A DNA stretch of 55,415 bases, the filler included, from Streblomastix strix (taxonomy: Eukaryota): the NCBI GenBank assembly GCA_008636045.1. It is 3 parts of 3 records of this genome, joined end to end, with 100 filler letters (N's around TTAATTAATTAA, not from the genome) between each part and the next. Parts side by side here need not be neighbours in the genome. Positions count along the whole stretch, not along the records: positions 1 to 18,431 come from SNRW01000607.1; positions 18,532 to 36,930 come from SNRW01000608.1; 1 more part is not named here. One strand, 5' to 3'. The translations under genes were made by a program, and so were the position numbers. Of this stretch, positions 15,523-27,483 are shown piece after piece (positions within the stretch are counted from its first letter, which is position 1; the number at the start of each line of letters is the position of its first letter). A model generated the notes under the pieces. It was not told where the DNA came from, ran no database searches, and saw nothing but the letters and a program-made list of their open reading frames with translations.

Positions 15523-16487
15523 TAGATATTTCCATTGTCATATATCCACTTCGCATTTCACTTTATTTCCCAATTTATACATTAATTTTATAATTTCAAT
15601 GTACTTAAATTTAAATTTATTTGATATATAAAATAAATATTATATTTAATTTAAATTTTTCTGAATTTTTCACTTTGTTCTTTAAATCATCTCCAAAAGT
15701 TTTAGATAGATTAATAAATATACTTCTAATTAAATTTATTATCTTAGAACATAATGACTACAACATTTATTCATCTTAGGAGAATATCAATCATTCTTTT
15801 GTATCTTTAGAACCAAATCTGATCTATGATTAACAAAATGATATTCCAAATAGAATTTTTGATTCATAAACTTTTTAATTCTTGAATACTAAAGAATAAA
15901 AATATTATAATAATTATAAAATATTTTCTATATATTCATTAATTATAAGGAAATAGAAAACTATTGCAGATGTGAATTTGGAATTAAAATTTTGATTCAA
16001 ATACAGTTTCCTTCACTCCCGATTATTAATTTGTATATTATCTTCAAGTCATTCATATATAGTCATATATTTACTATAATTATATTCTTTATCTAACTGA
16101 ATATGCTACCTATGCATAATTATCAAAAACGCAGTTTCCCTGTACACATCTATTAATTTCGTTTTTTTCCTTAATTAAATTTTTTCAATATTATCATTCC
16201 AACAAATTATTATTCGAAATAATAAAATTTAAATTCTTAATTTGGTACATAATCTAATTTGAAAAATATTAATATTAATTCGTGTTTATCGTAATAAAAA
16301 AATATTTATTTATTTTTATTCTTGTTTTTATTTCAAACAAATTAATTATAAAATTCATTTATATATTTAAATATTTTCCATATCTCATCCATTCTTCATT
16401 TAATATAAACACTTTCATTCATTCTTTCAATTTTTCTTTAATTTTTTTTATTTTATTTTATTTTTTTCATTTTTTGATAGAATTGCA

Positions 16488-17343
16488 ATGAATGACGCTC
16501 AATTAAACGATCTTGTTCACATCCTTATGTAAAATAAGATGCTGAAGGAAATACACGATGATGTTTAGAATAGATTTACAAGAAGGCTTTTCTTTTTTAT
16601 TGCAGCTGCATGTGCGAATATAGTCGGAGATAATATTTCAGCTCAAGATTTAAAGATCCCAGCTGTGTATATATTGTTTGTACTATATAAATAACATCCT
16701 ATCGAAAGACATCCATTTCTGCAGTTATTCCATGACACACTAACACATGGACCAGATTAATAACCATTTGTACTAATGATTAAATACATCTTGAAGAATG
16801 GGGTTGAGAATGTTTGAATTTATTCTATTAATTAATTTCTATTACCACTTTTTATTATTCATCATAAGATATCATCACACACATCATAGAGTGTTTCACA
16901 ATTGGTTATATCTCTCAATTCTGAACTAAGTAACATTTAATGTCCAACTCAATAGAAGATTCCATTTGTAGGCACATTCTCAACAGTTGCAGTTCCATCT
17001 CATGTAAGTGAAGCATCACATTCATTTTCTGAAGAAGATAACAGATTGAATTAAGGAAACTCAGGAATATAATAACAACAAAATACTTCTCCTTTCTTAT
17101 CTGCACTCGAAGTTGCACCTGATTTTGAACCTCCATTTCTTCGTCCTGTTCCATCGATATATACTCTTTCTTTTGAAGATGTTTGATTAATTAATTAATT
17201 TTTAATGCATTTTATTATTTTCTCAGCTTTATTGGATTGAAACAGAGCCTCCACTCGAATTTCAATGGGATGACACTCTTGAAACATCTGATGATATATT
17301 AGCTGTTCCAAGTTAATAACCAAATCAAGAAACAAGCACATGA
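16488..17343 (+). CDS. CNOT11: CCR4-NOT subunit 11-like protein, N-terminal and middle parts only; 3 exons
   Basis: AVYILFVLYKQHPIERHPFLQLF resembles CNOT11 ALYLLWEMYRTEPLAANPF. FEPPFLRPVPSIYTLSFED/LYWIETEPPLEFQWD resembles FRPEFIRPPPPL..EDELAWLNP...IQWD. TGA at 17341-17343. Confidence 0.8.
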
Positions 17344-17417
17344 AATATATAATAAACAAGAAGCATAACCATTTCATAATACATTTCATTTTATTGATAT
17401 ATAAATACATTGAATTG

Positions 17418-18258
17418 TCACTTGATCGGGTTTTGAGTCAGTTTGTAATTCATATTCCCAAGATCTCGTCCAGGAATTATGCCTCTAAGAACACGCAATC
17501 TAAAGTCATTTTCTTATGGGGCTAAAAGTTTATCGCGGATTGATTTGTATTATTCTCTGTATGCTTTGCACCTCTCAGATTTGAAGTTATCAAACATACT
17601 CTGTTCTATTTACATAGTCATAGTTCGTAGTTAGTTTGAGTTTGTTAGTAAATCTCTTATCTCGATTAAAGCCAATTATAAATCAGGTAATTCTGAAACT
17701 TCAGATGAAAATCTGTCTTTTCCTTACGTTTTAATAAGAGCAATTTTATCTGCTATATAATTCTCAGAAAGAGATATTGCTTATTTAAGAATAGATTCCA
17801 AGTGCCTGATAAGTTCAGGTCTTATATTCTATCGTTTGAGAATTCTCTCTTATTGTTTCTCTAAACGGCGCATTTCATCTTCGGCTTCCCATTGTGCGAG
17901 AATACGGACTGTATCAACAGGTTCAAGATGATCAGATGGTTCTTCTTATACCCTCCTTTTACTTCCTCTATAACGACCTGATTGAAGAATTAAGAATGAT
18001 AAATAAATTAAACAAAAAAATTATACATCTTCTACAAAAGAACGTTTCCATTTTGTTTGCTTATTCTGGGGTTATTCCTGAGCACATTCCGTGATACCAA
18101 TCGTTACATCCATCACATTATATCATAAATTATCCAGGGACATAAGGATTTTTACACACACAAAAAAGTTGCTATGGATTGAATTGGTATATAGATGCAT
18201 CAGCCATTTCAGTTCCTAAAAGAGGATTGGGAGCTTAAGCATAAGGAGTACTAGACAT
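17418..18258 (-). CDS. PHD finger + TFIIS central-domain protein (Bye1/PHF3/DIDO-like, short); 2 exons
   Basis: LFCVCKNPYVPGQFMIQCDGCNDWYHGMC...FFCRRC (PHD) and IEQSMFDNF...AYREQYKSIRDKL...FRLRVLRGIIPGRDLGNM (TFIIS-M). No SPOC domain before the TGA at 17418-17420. Confidence 0.85.
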
Positions 18259-18431
18259 ATATCACTTCAATACTTAAAACAAATTAAATAAACAAAATTG
18301 TAGATCTGCGAAATTCCGCTCGTATCAGCAAATTATCTTGGTTTTGTGTTAAAAATTATTGTAATAACGGTTTTTAGTAATTCGTAAGCATTTTGGTAAA
18401 ATTCAAATGTTTAATTTTGTGAAGACATTAC

Positions 18432-18531
18432 NNNNNNNNNNNNNNNNNNNNNNNNNNNNNNNNNNNNNNNNNNNNTTAATTAATTAANNNNNNNNNNNNN
18501 NNNNNNNNNNNNNNNNNNNNNNNNNNNNNNN
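18432..18531. other. Scaffold gap with artificial TTAATTAATTAA spacer
   Basis: N run with TTAATTAATTAA at 18476-18487. Same construction at 36931-37030. Confidence 0.9.
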
Positions 18532-18658
18532 ATTTAATTTATTCATCCCATTTCAGCGGTTACTTTTGAAAGAGCTCTTTCTGCCTTTTCCATTTCTTAT
18601 TATTTGATAATAAACATAAAAGAAAACCAAAATTATCCTTTAGTAATAATAATGATAG
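18532..18658. repeat. 127-bp inverted repeat, left copy (COMMD4 last intron, last exon and stop)
   Basis: Exact reverse complement of 36804-36930. Confidence 0.95.
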
Positions 18659-19543
18659 TAAACCTTGAATAAATTAAGCAAATTGAGCTGTAGAAAGTGA
18701 CAGACCCAGAGAAGTTAATTCTTATTCACTCGTGTGTGTATCTTATGGGTTTGTAGATTCAATATTAAAATGAACATAAGGTTAGTCTTATTATGAAGTG
18801 GATTATGTTTGTTAATTAGTTATGTCGGATGAACTCGAAATCACTGGAAATTCAACTCTCCAATCAAATCGTTGAATTGTAGGTACTAAATAATTGAATT
18901 AATACGATTATACTATAATAATATAGAAAACTATTAACTCATACATTTAAATGTCTGTTATTTGAGATTTGTCATAATCATTCCCCTTGTTTTTGATACT
19001 TCTTTTGTGATTGCTTCACAATGTTCTATTCATAATAGGGATATATATTAGAAGAGGAATATACTAATAAATAACCATTTAAACCATTTGGAAGACCAAT
19101 TTATTACAGTTCTCGTGTTAATACTTCATCTTATGCTTCAAAACGAACAGTATTTGCCTATAAATAATAATAAGTAAAATCAAATCAAAAGAATAGCTGA
19201 TACAATTATGAATCTAAGAACAGCAATTATTGATTTCCCATCACTTGGTGTGAGATTAGAAGCTGTTATATGTTTATCAAATGTTGATTCCTACATTTAT
19301 GATACAATATTTATATAAATGATATTATAACATTAAAACAAATATTCAAACATCAACCATTTCACCACTAAGTAACTTAGCAACTCCAATTGTAAGAAGC
19401 TTAAGACGAACAACAGTCTAATATATAAACTATATTGAATCTATACAATTTTGCAATCCAATACAAACCAGCTTTGATATTGTTGCAATCTCAGCAAGAA
19501 GCCAATTTGGTGCATCGAGATTTCCACAGAACTTAAAACGCAT
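18543..19543 (-). CDS. COMMD4: COMM domain-containing protein 4, multi-exon
   Basis: Diagnostic N-terminus MRFKFCGNLDAPNWLLAEIATISKL. COMM domain DWRVEFPVISSS, C-terminus EMEKAERALSKVTAEMG*. Confidence 0.93.
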
Positions 19544-20654
19544 TCTATAAGAGAGTATAGATGTAAAGATAAAGATGTATAACATTAGAGAAGATTATTA
19601 AAAATTTATATTTGCTTGGATTGTAATTATGAAAATCCTTTTCTTGTTTTGCGAGGATATATTTCTTGTTAAATGAGATTAAAGTTGTACAATCAATCTT
19701 GATTGATTCAAATAATGATTGAATGAATAAAAAAATAAATAATCATTCTTATGTATGATATTCTCATTTTTTCAATTAAAATTTTCAGTATAGTTTTATA
19801 CAATGTCGGTATTTGTTTGGAATATGATTGACTTTTATAAAATTTTAGATTTTTATGCAATATCTTCAAAGAAGATTATTAATAAGTAGTAATGATTATA
19901 TAATGTTGTTCATTGTAACTATTTTATAATATTGCAAAGCAATGCGCTCTTATGAATCTATTTTTGGTGAATAAGTGCGAATTTTTAGGAAAAAATTGAA
20001 ATATCCTTGTATCTGTGTTTGCTGGGTAATAGTTTTCTTTGTGGTTAATAAATATATAACATATAAATATTTGCAAAAATAAATAAAAATTATGTATTAT
20101 TACAAGCAAAATGGTTGGAAAAATGAGATTGATTGAATTTGCAATAATTTGGATGTAAAAAGAAACGTAAAGAGTTAATATTAAAAATTCATGCATTAAA
20201 ACAACAATTTATTTATTTTTAATATTTAAACAAATAATAATATATTATAAGCTTTAATAGAGCAGAAAAATACGAATTTTAAATAAATTATCGCTGAGGC
20301 TTTCTGGACAAATTGATAACATTAATAAGATAAATATTCGAATAAATTATTGTAGAATGAGTAATAAATATCATCAAAAAACACTGATAGATGTTCAAGC
20401 TTTGAGAAAACAGATAATTGTTCAGCTCTTATGTTGTATTCTAATCAATCCTAATTATTGGTACATTTGCATGTTTAAATTATTTATTATATAGAAATAT
20501 TGATAAGGCGGAGTGTGATAAAAAGAATCTGATGTTTCAAAATGATTTTCACATCTGAAATGACAATAATGTTGGAAGAGTTTTCAGATAGCCACTTCTT
20601 AAACTACTTGATTGTCTATGCATCCACTTAATCTGGACTACCTTTTATTTATGA

Positions 20655-21689
20655 GACTTTAACCTTATACAATGGGTCCAATCAACCGAAAGATCTCAAT
20701 ATTCACGTACGTGCATCAATTTAAACTCGTAGTCATCTTCCTCGCAACAAGAACCACTTCATCACGACTTTTCCAGTCAGACATCCAACTCTACCCAGCT
20801 GTAAACGGGCGTTTTGCTGCAAACACAAAAGGTTTAAACTTCCAGGCTTCCAATGAATTTCAGGGATGTTCTGAATGATGATACGGATAGCTACATATAG
20901 TTGAATGATGAGTACATGGATTCCAAAGGTTGCGAGATTTATGTTGACGAGAGAAACGGGGAAGTCACTGTTCATTTTCACGGGGAAGTTAAGGCTGTCG
21001 TGAAGGAGAACGGAATCTTTGAACCAGGTACTGACGAGATATTGCACTGCGGCTTCTTTGATTTTGAAGATGACGAAAAATTGGGCCTCTGTTCGGCCTG
21101 TATATTGGCAGATGCTGCATAACTGAATCAAGCGCAGCTGGAGAGCCTTATTCAGTCCTAGTCCTAGAATACCGCATTTAGGAGCCAGAAGTAGCCTGCT
21201 AAGGGTGTGGAACCAATTAATAGCACGATAGAAGCCAAACGAAAGCGAGACTGCAGCATTTTACTGTAGAATTCAAGCTAAAATCCTCTCCAAGAAAAGT
21301 TCTAATAGCAACGATAGCAATATGCGAAGTTCAATTCATTATAAGATTTGAAGGTGGCACAAGACCTAGTCTCTTCATTTGAGGGCGTGTTGTAGAAAAT
21401 GCAAGCTATACAAAGACAGCGCTCGAATCATCTGCAGCTATGGTTCAGGGAATGGCTGGTCTTATTCACAAGGTAGCTCTAGGAAATACAAATAATCTGG
21501 TTGGCAAGATGTTCAAGGTCTTCGATGCAGCAATCGTGTCTGTATCTGACGCGCAGGTGGAGTGAGAGTCGAGACTGGAAGGTGTATATCAAGGCTCTCA
21601 GACAGAAGATGTTCTCTCTCAAAGAATAAGGGAGAGATTTAAAAAAAAGTCGGCTAAATAGATGTATGTTGGGAACAAGGCTCATTTGA
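20655..21689 (+). CDS. Intronless, relatively GC-rich ORF of unknown function, probably derived from a mobile element (gag/ORF1-like remnant)
   Basis: Frame free of TGA for ~345 codons in code 6 (first ATG at 20853). GC content is visibly higher than in host genes. An alternative protein-like frame after ~21415 (TALESSAAMVQGMAGLIHKVA...) suggests a frameshifted relic. Confidence 0.45.
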
Positions 21690-22638
21690 CAAAGCATAAG
21701 ATGATAAATAAGCTGTGTTAGGAACAGTAGGCAAATTAAACTCACTGCTCTATGGAATTATAACTTAAAAGTAATGGAAAATCAATAATGAATATAATTA
21801 ATCGTAATAAAAAATGAAAATAATTTATCATTTAAATGAGTGAAAAATAAGTAATAAAAGGATTTATGGGAAACATTTATGGATTTGATTTATATTGGAT
21901 TAATGAAAATAAAATATAGGTGAAGAAATGAGTGAAAAATGAAAAATGAAAAAAGAGCAGGATTTATGATAATAATTTATGGTGATTGCTAATTGAATAA
22001 GTTAATTTTTAGAGTAAAATTACATTGGACAGTGAGTTTCTTTTGTCTAATGCTCTTGGGTACTAATTTATGAATGCAAATTTATACTCCCTTTAGAAAG
22101 CCCAAGCTTGTTTTGGTCAGTTATTCTATTTTTAAGAATTTTTTAAAGATTAGAGATTTTATATTTATTCATAGTGAAATAATGTAAAAAAAATGGGGAT
22201 CTCCATGATTTTTCAATGATAAAAGATGAATGAAAAATGATTAATCGTAAGGATGAATGAAAATAAATATTTGTTTTGATTGGTGAAATTGATTGATGAT
22301 TCTGTAAAGTTAAGCAGAACAATAAAATTGATTATTGGAGTGGATAAATAAAGTGAATTGCTCATGTGTCCTGAGTGTCTTGAGTGTTCTGAGTCGCAAG
22401 CTGATACCTCGGATTTCTGCCATATTAGATATAATGCTATAAATTAAATTTCAGTCCTACAAATATATATATATATGTTTGCGAAGTGGATAAATGATAT
22501 GAATTATTTATAACGGACGAAAGGACGGAAATGGACAAAAATTTTTAGTCTTGACGAATTTGTCTGCCGTATGCCATCTGCTATAAATTAAATAAAATTA
22601 TTTTAAGAAACTATTTGAATTTTTTAATATTAGCCAAA

Positions 22639-25486
22639 ATAGCAACAAAAGAATTCTCAAATGACAAATCAAATCAACAAACAAGCGTAATATATATTAC
22701 TTTTGAGAAAGGACCTAAGCGTAAGTACACTCGCAAATCGAAAACAGATGCAAAAGCAAAAGAGATGATTGATCAAATGATTAATGAATAAGTTATTGAA
22801 CAGACTAATGAACAGACTAACGAAGCTATTAATAGATAGATTAGCGAAGAGTAATATGACAAACAGATCTGTAAATTACGTAATTAGCATGGAGGAACTG
22901 ATAAAGAATAAGATGATAGACTCTATTTAATATATAAATTTGAAAAAAATAGAGAAAGTAATATATTTCAAAAAGTAATATAACCGTTAGTGGTATTATA
23001 TATGTAAGAATAAGATTCAAAAACAGTAATTGAACGCGTTAAAGATGCAATGATAAATACAGTAAACTATACAAAAATAGGCTAATATGAAGGTAAAAAA
23101 TAATAAATTTTAGGTAAAATGATTGATTTATCATTAATGGATGACGATAATCTATGTGCATTTGATATAGATTTTCATAAAAATAAGTAATTTGAAGTAA
23201 TTGATGAAATAAGATAAAATTTAATTGAAACTCTTCCACCAAGTGTAGGTTTAGTTAAAACTGCTCATAGAGGATTACATATCTATTGCATTACAAATTT
23301 ATATCGATTACGATCCAATCGTAGTATAAATGTAGCTACAACAGATAGTTTTGATATTGATGTATTTGCATAAATGAATAAATATAAAATTGAAAATGGA
23401 TAAGAGACTAAAGAAATAGTATAGAATCGAGTAGTTGCTCCTAACACATCAATCCGAGTAACTAAAAATGACTAACGAGTTACACTCAAATATGAAGCAA
23501 TTAATGATTGGGAAAATGTATCTCATTTAGCGAGTTTACGAGAGATACTTGATAAATGGAATATAGATATTGAGATGTCATATAAAAATTACGCATAATA
23601 GTAGCATTATAGAATATAGTTAGTATAAATCAATGCTGATGGTACTATTGAATAAGTGAATGATGAACTTGCATAAGCATGTGTTGATGGATTGAGGAAC
23701 CTTGAGATACATTACTATCCTTAACTGTCTAATATGGAAGTATCTCTTCAAAGTAAATTCTCAGGAATTTATGGAATCAGTAGTGAACAGATTAGAGCTG
23801 AAGGAATTAAAAAAATAGTCCAGTTTAACAAGCTAACTGTAAATGCTGATAAGAATTATGGATAAGCTTAATCTAATGGTGAACGCAAACAAAATCCATG
23901 GATCTTAACAAAAACTCTAAGATACTATAATAAAGATAAGTATGAGTAGACAAGTTAACCATTAAAGAAACAGAATTATGAAGTAAAAATGAAGGACAAA
24001 TAAATCATAATTAACTAGACATTGATTTTTAATAAAATCTATCTAACTGATGATTTCACTCTACTTGACATGTAAGAGAAAGCAGCTAATGGAGAATAAT
24101 AAATTGAAAAATAAATTGTTATGGATTTAACATGATTATTAATCTACTATAAAGGTGAAACTGAAGACATATATGCGATAAAAGGATATGATTCTATCTA
24201 TGAAACATAAGTTTTATATCATAAATTAGAAGGAACAGTCTGTAAATAATTAGAGAAAATTAATATAAATTTTAAGAATAAGAAAACTGATAAAAAGAAT
24301 GATGATAAAAAGGAATCTAAATCATTAACTGTAAAACATATCTTTATGAAATATTCTTCAAAATTTGTTAAAAAAGGATGTAAATTCATTATTGAAGATC
24401 CTAAAATACTCACAGTATTCCAAGGGTATAAATATAAAAAATTAGATACAATCGATTATGAATGCTTGCAAATGTACTTCGATACGATTAAAGAAACTAT
24501 TGCATCTGGTGAAGAAAGAGTTTATGAATATATTCTTAATTGGATTGCATCGATGATACAAAATCCTGGAAAAATATCTAGAGCTGCAATCGTATTACAA
24601 AGTAGATAAGGAATAGGTAAGAATAGGTTCACTGATGTAATAGCAGAACTAACAAGTAGATACAATTGTGCAAATTTAACAAACATAGATGAATTCACAG
24701 GAAGATTCAATTCTATAGTTAAAAATTAAATATTTGCAGTACAGAATAAAATAATGAATTATAATGACTCAAAGAAAGGTGTTCCAACCGTAATGAAATC
24801 AATTATTTCAGAATTAACTATAAGAATTAATGAAAAAAATTAATCAAAAAGAACAGTTGAGAATGTAATGAATATAATCTATGTTACAAACGCTGATCTG
24901 CCTGTATAATTGGACACAGATGATAGATGTCATTTAATATATGCTTGTAAAACTGTTAATTAAGTAACTATATAACATAAAGAAGATGCTGAATATTTTA
25001 ATGAATTAAGCTAAATTAACACATAAGAGTTTTAAGAAAATTTATTGACATTCTTTTTTGAAAGAGATATTTCATAGTTTAATACAACATTAATTCCAAT
25101 AACTAAAGCTAAGAAATAATTGATAAATGTTAGTCGATCACCTATAGTTGATGTAATTATGGAACATTATGAGCAATTCAAATAAGGAATTCCAGTAGCT
25201 CTTGTAAATTAATTCAAACCTTCAAATTGGCTACTAAAGACAAATAAGAATGCAATGGTATACAAATATGAAGAATAACGAGTATATATTAATGGAATAA
25301 GAACTAGAGAATATGTATTAAATAAGGGGTTAATAATCATAATATGAAAAGATAATGAGTGAAGAGGATATTTAAATATCTAATTCAAACTAAAAGAAAT
25401 ATAAAAAAACAAACGAATATGATGGATTCATTGAATTGGTAACATAAGCTATAGGCTAAACAAGCGAAGAAGTAAAAGATTAATGA
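22639..25486 (+). pseudogene. AEP (Prim-Pol) primase fused to a D5/DUF5906-type SF3 helicase, copy 1, lightly decayed
   Basis: AEP motifs LCAFDIDFH (~23152-23178) and VKTAHRGLHIY. Helicase YEYILNWIASMIQNPG, Walker A LQSRQGIGKN, FTGRFN, YVTN, DTDDR. No introns. The probable start codon reads ATA (22639), with an in-frame TGA at 24133 and a frameshift near 25330. Confidence 0.9.
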
Positions 25487-27483
25487 AAATGAATTTATTT
25501 TTGTTCAAATGTTTATGGCATGCTTATCGAATAATGGGACAAAATTGTCTGTCCCTATTAGTATGTACATGCTAGCGGAGTGGGCAAATTGAATAAATAT
25601 CAATGTGGGACAGATTTTGGGACAGGACAAATCCGTAGACTCCTGTGAAAAAGTACTGTCATTACGACAACTATGCCATTAATGAAATTTATATTGTATT
25701 ACATGGGTGATGTAAATTATTTTTGAAAATGAACGGTTCTATGATTAATGAAAATCCTTCAATATATTTACGAAAATGAAGGTGGGACAAATTTAAAAGT
25801 CAATCTTTTGGATGAATGCCATAATAATCTCTTTATGGTAATGTATGGATGTGCAATTTAGATAAAGTGTTCAATAGCTATGGAGAATTAGATTCAAAAT
25901 GAAGGATATGGCATAATGGCGCTATGGCAGATGAAATGCACAACCTTCAGAAAGCTGTCCCGTACCATCCAGTGTCCCACATAATCAAATAATCAATTCA
26001 CATATATAATTGAAGGTACAGAGTGACCTATAAGTAGTTGCAAATGGAAAAATAAAAATATATTTATCAAATAGATTTATTTAATATATTTATTGTTGAA
26101 ATAAATTTAGTATCAATTCTCAATAATAAAATTTTTCAAATTATAAATTTATTTCTTGCCTCTTAAATTTTGAAAGGTCACAGTAGTAACATCATATTAA
26201 AAATAATTTAAAATGTAAATTTATTTATATAAACATTCATCTAACTAATATTCACCTAAAAGTTTGCATTTTATAGTAGTGCATTATTTTGTAAATGAAT
26301 GAATAAATTTTTCGAAAATTAATTTACAATTTAAATTAATGCAATTTTGAGGTTGGTAAGAGGTTTAAACCAGGTGATAAAATTTTATGTAGTTTTTTCT
26401 GGGTTGAGGGGATAGATCGATTTGAAACTTCATACACATATGTTATTAGACATTCTCCAACAAAAAAACTTATCCATAAAATTATTATCACATGCCTTAA
26501 CTCTGAATCAGCTCAACTTTAAGTGCCAGAAACTTCAGTGCTAAAATCAAACTTAATTTACAATTTTCACAAATCATTCCTAATTATTTTCAACTTAAAG
26601 CAAATATTTCTATATTTATGTTATTTTTCTACATATTATTTACAAAATATTTAAAAATGCTAATCTATCCAGTCTTGAATCTTTCAGAATCAACAAACAT
26701 GCAAAAATCAGTTTTTAATTTATTAGAATTAACTGTCAAACAAATATTTCATTATTTAAAGTTTAAAAATAATAATTTTGCATTTATTAGGCATAGTTGA
26801 CTATAAATTTAATAAAATAAGCATCAAAGAAGCAGAGAGATTATTTTCTGAAAAAAAATTTTTTTGCAATAGTACAGAGAAAATGTCAGATAATCAGCTA
26901 AAATACGGTTCTTTACTTATTTTTTTAATTAGTTTTTTATGAAAACAATCTATATTTATACAATTAATTTAAACTTTTCATAATATATATTTAAATCAAC
27001 ATGGAAAGAGTAGATTTTTCGTTACATTTATTTATTTTTTTCAATGAATTAATTTTATACTTATTATCCAGCAAGAGATTGTTTTAAAATAATTATAACA
27101 ATTTTATATCAATTCGCACTTATATTATTATAATTTATTATTCAGTTCATTTAAACATAATTAATATTAAAATAAATGATAATTAATAACAATATATCAT
27201 TTTTGGCACTACTATTTTGTGACACTGTAATTCTATAGGATTCTTGCATATTAGTATATTACATAAAATATAATGAAACAAATCTGAAAATCATCCTTTG
27301 AATAACCTACTTTAAAATTTTATAACAATTATTATTATGTATTAACACGCATTAATCAACATGTTAACGCATATGATTATAGAGCAAAAATAATTTAAAT
27401 TCACTAATTTTATCTGTCTATTATCTCATTAATTTGAAGTACATCTTATACGTTTGTTATGATAGTTTTCTATAGACGTTTAC

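Noticed and set aside
18476..18487. TTAATTAATTAA inside the N runs (also 36975-36986) as a target-site duplication or piggyBac-like TTAA site
   Set aside because: It sits centrally in identical 100-base N blocks, so it is an artificial scaffold spacer.
18532..18658. 127-bp inverted ends as the terminal inverted repeats of an 18.4 kb Polinton
   Set aside because: The sequence is the intron and last exon of host COMMD4, and its length equals the assembly overlap seen at 13844-14197.
26050..27480. Capsid, packaging ATPase or protease genes between the two elements
   Set aside because: Very AT-rich with no long code-6 frame or Walker/adenain motifs visible; highly decayed remnants cannot be excluded.
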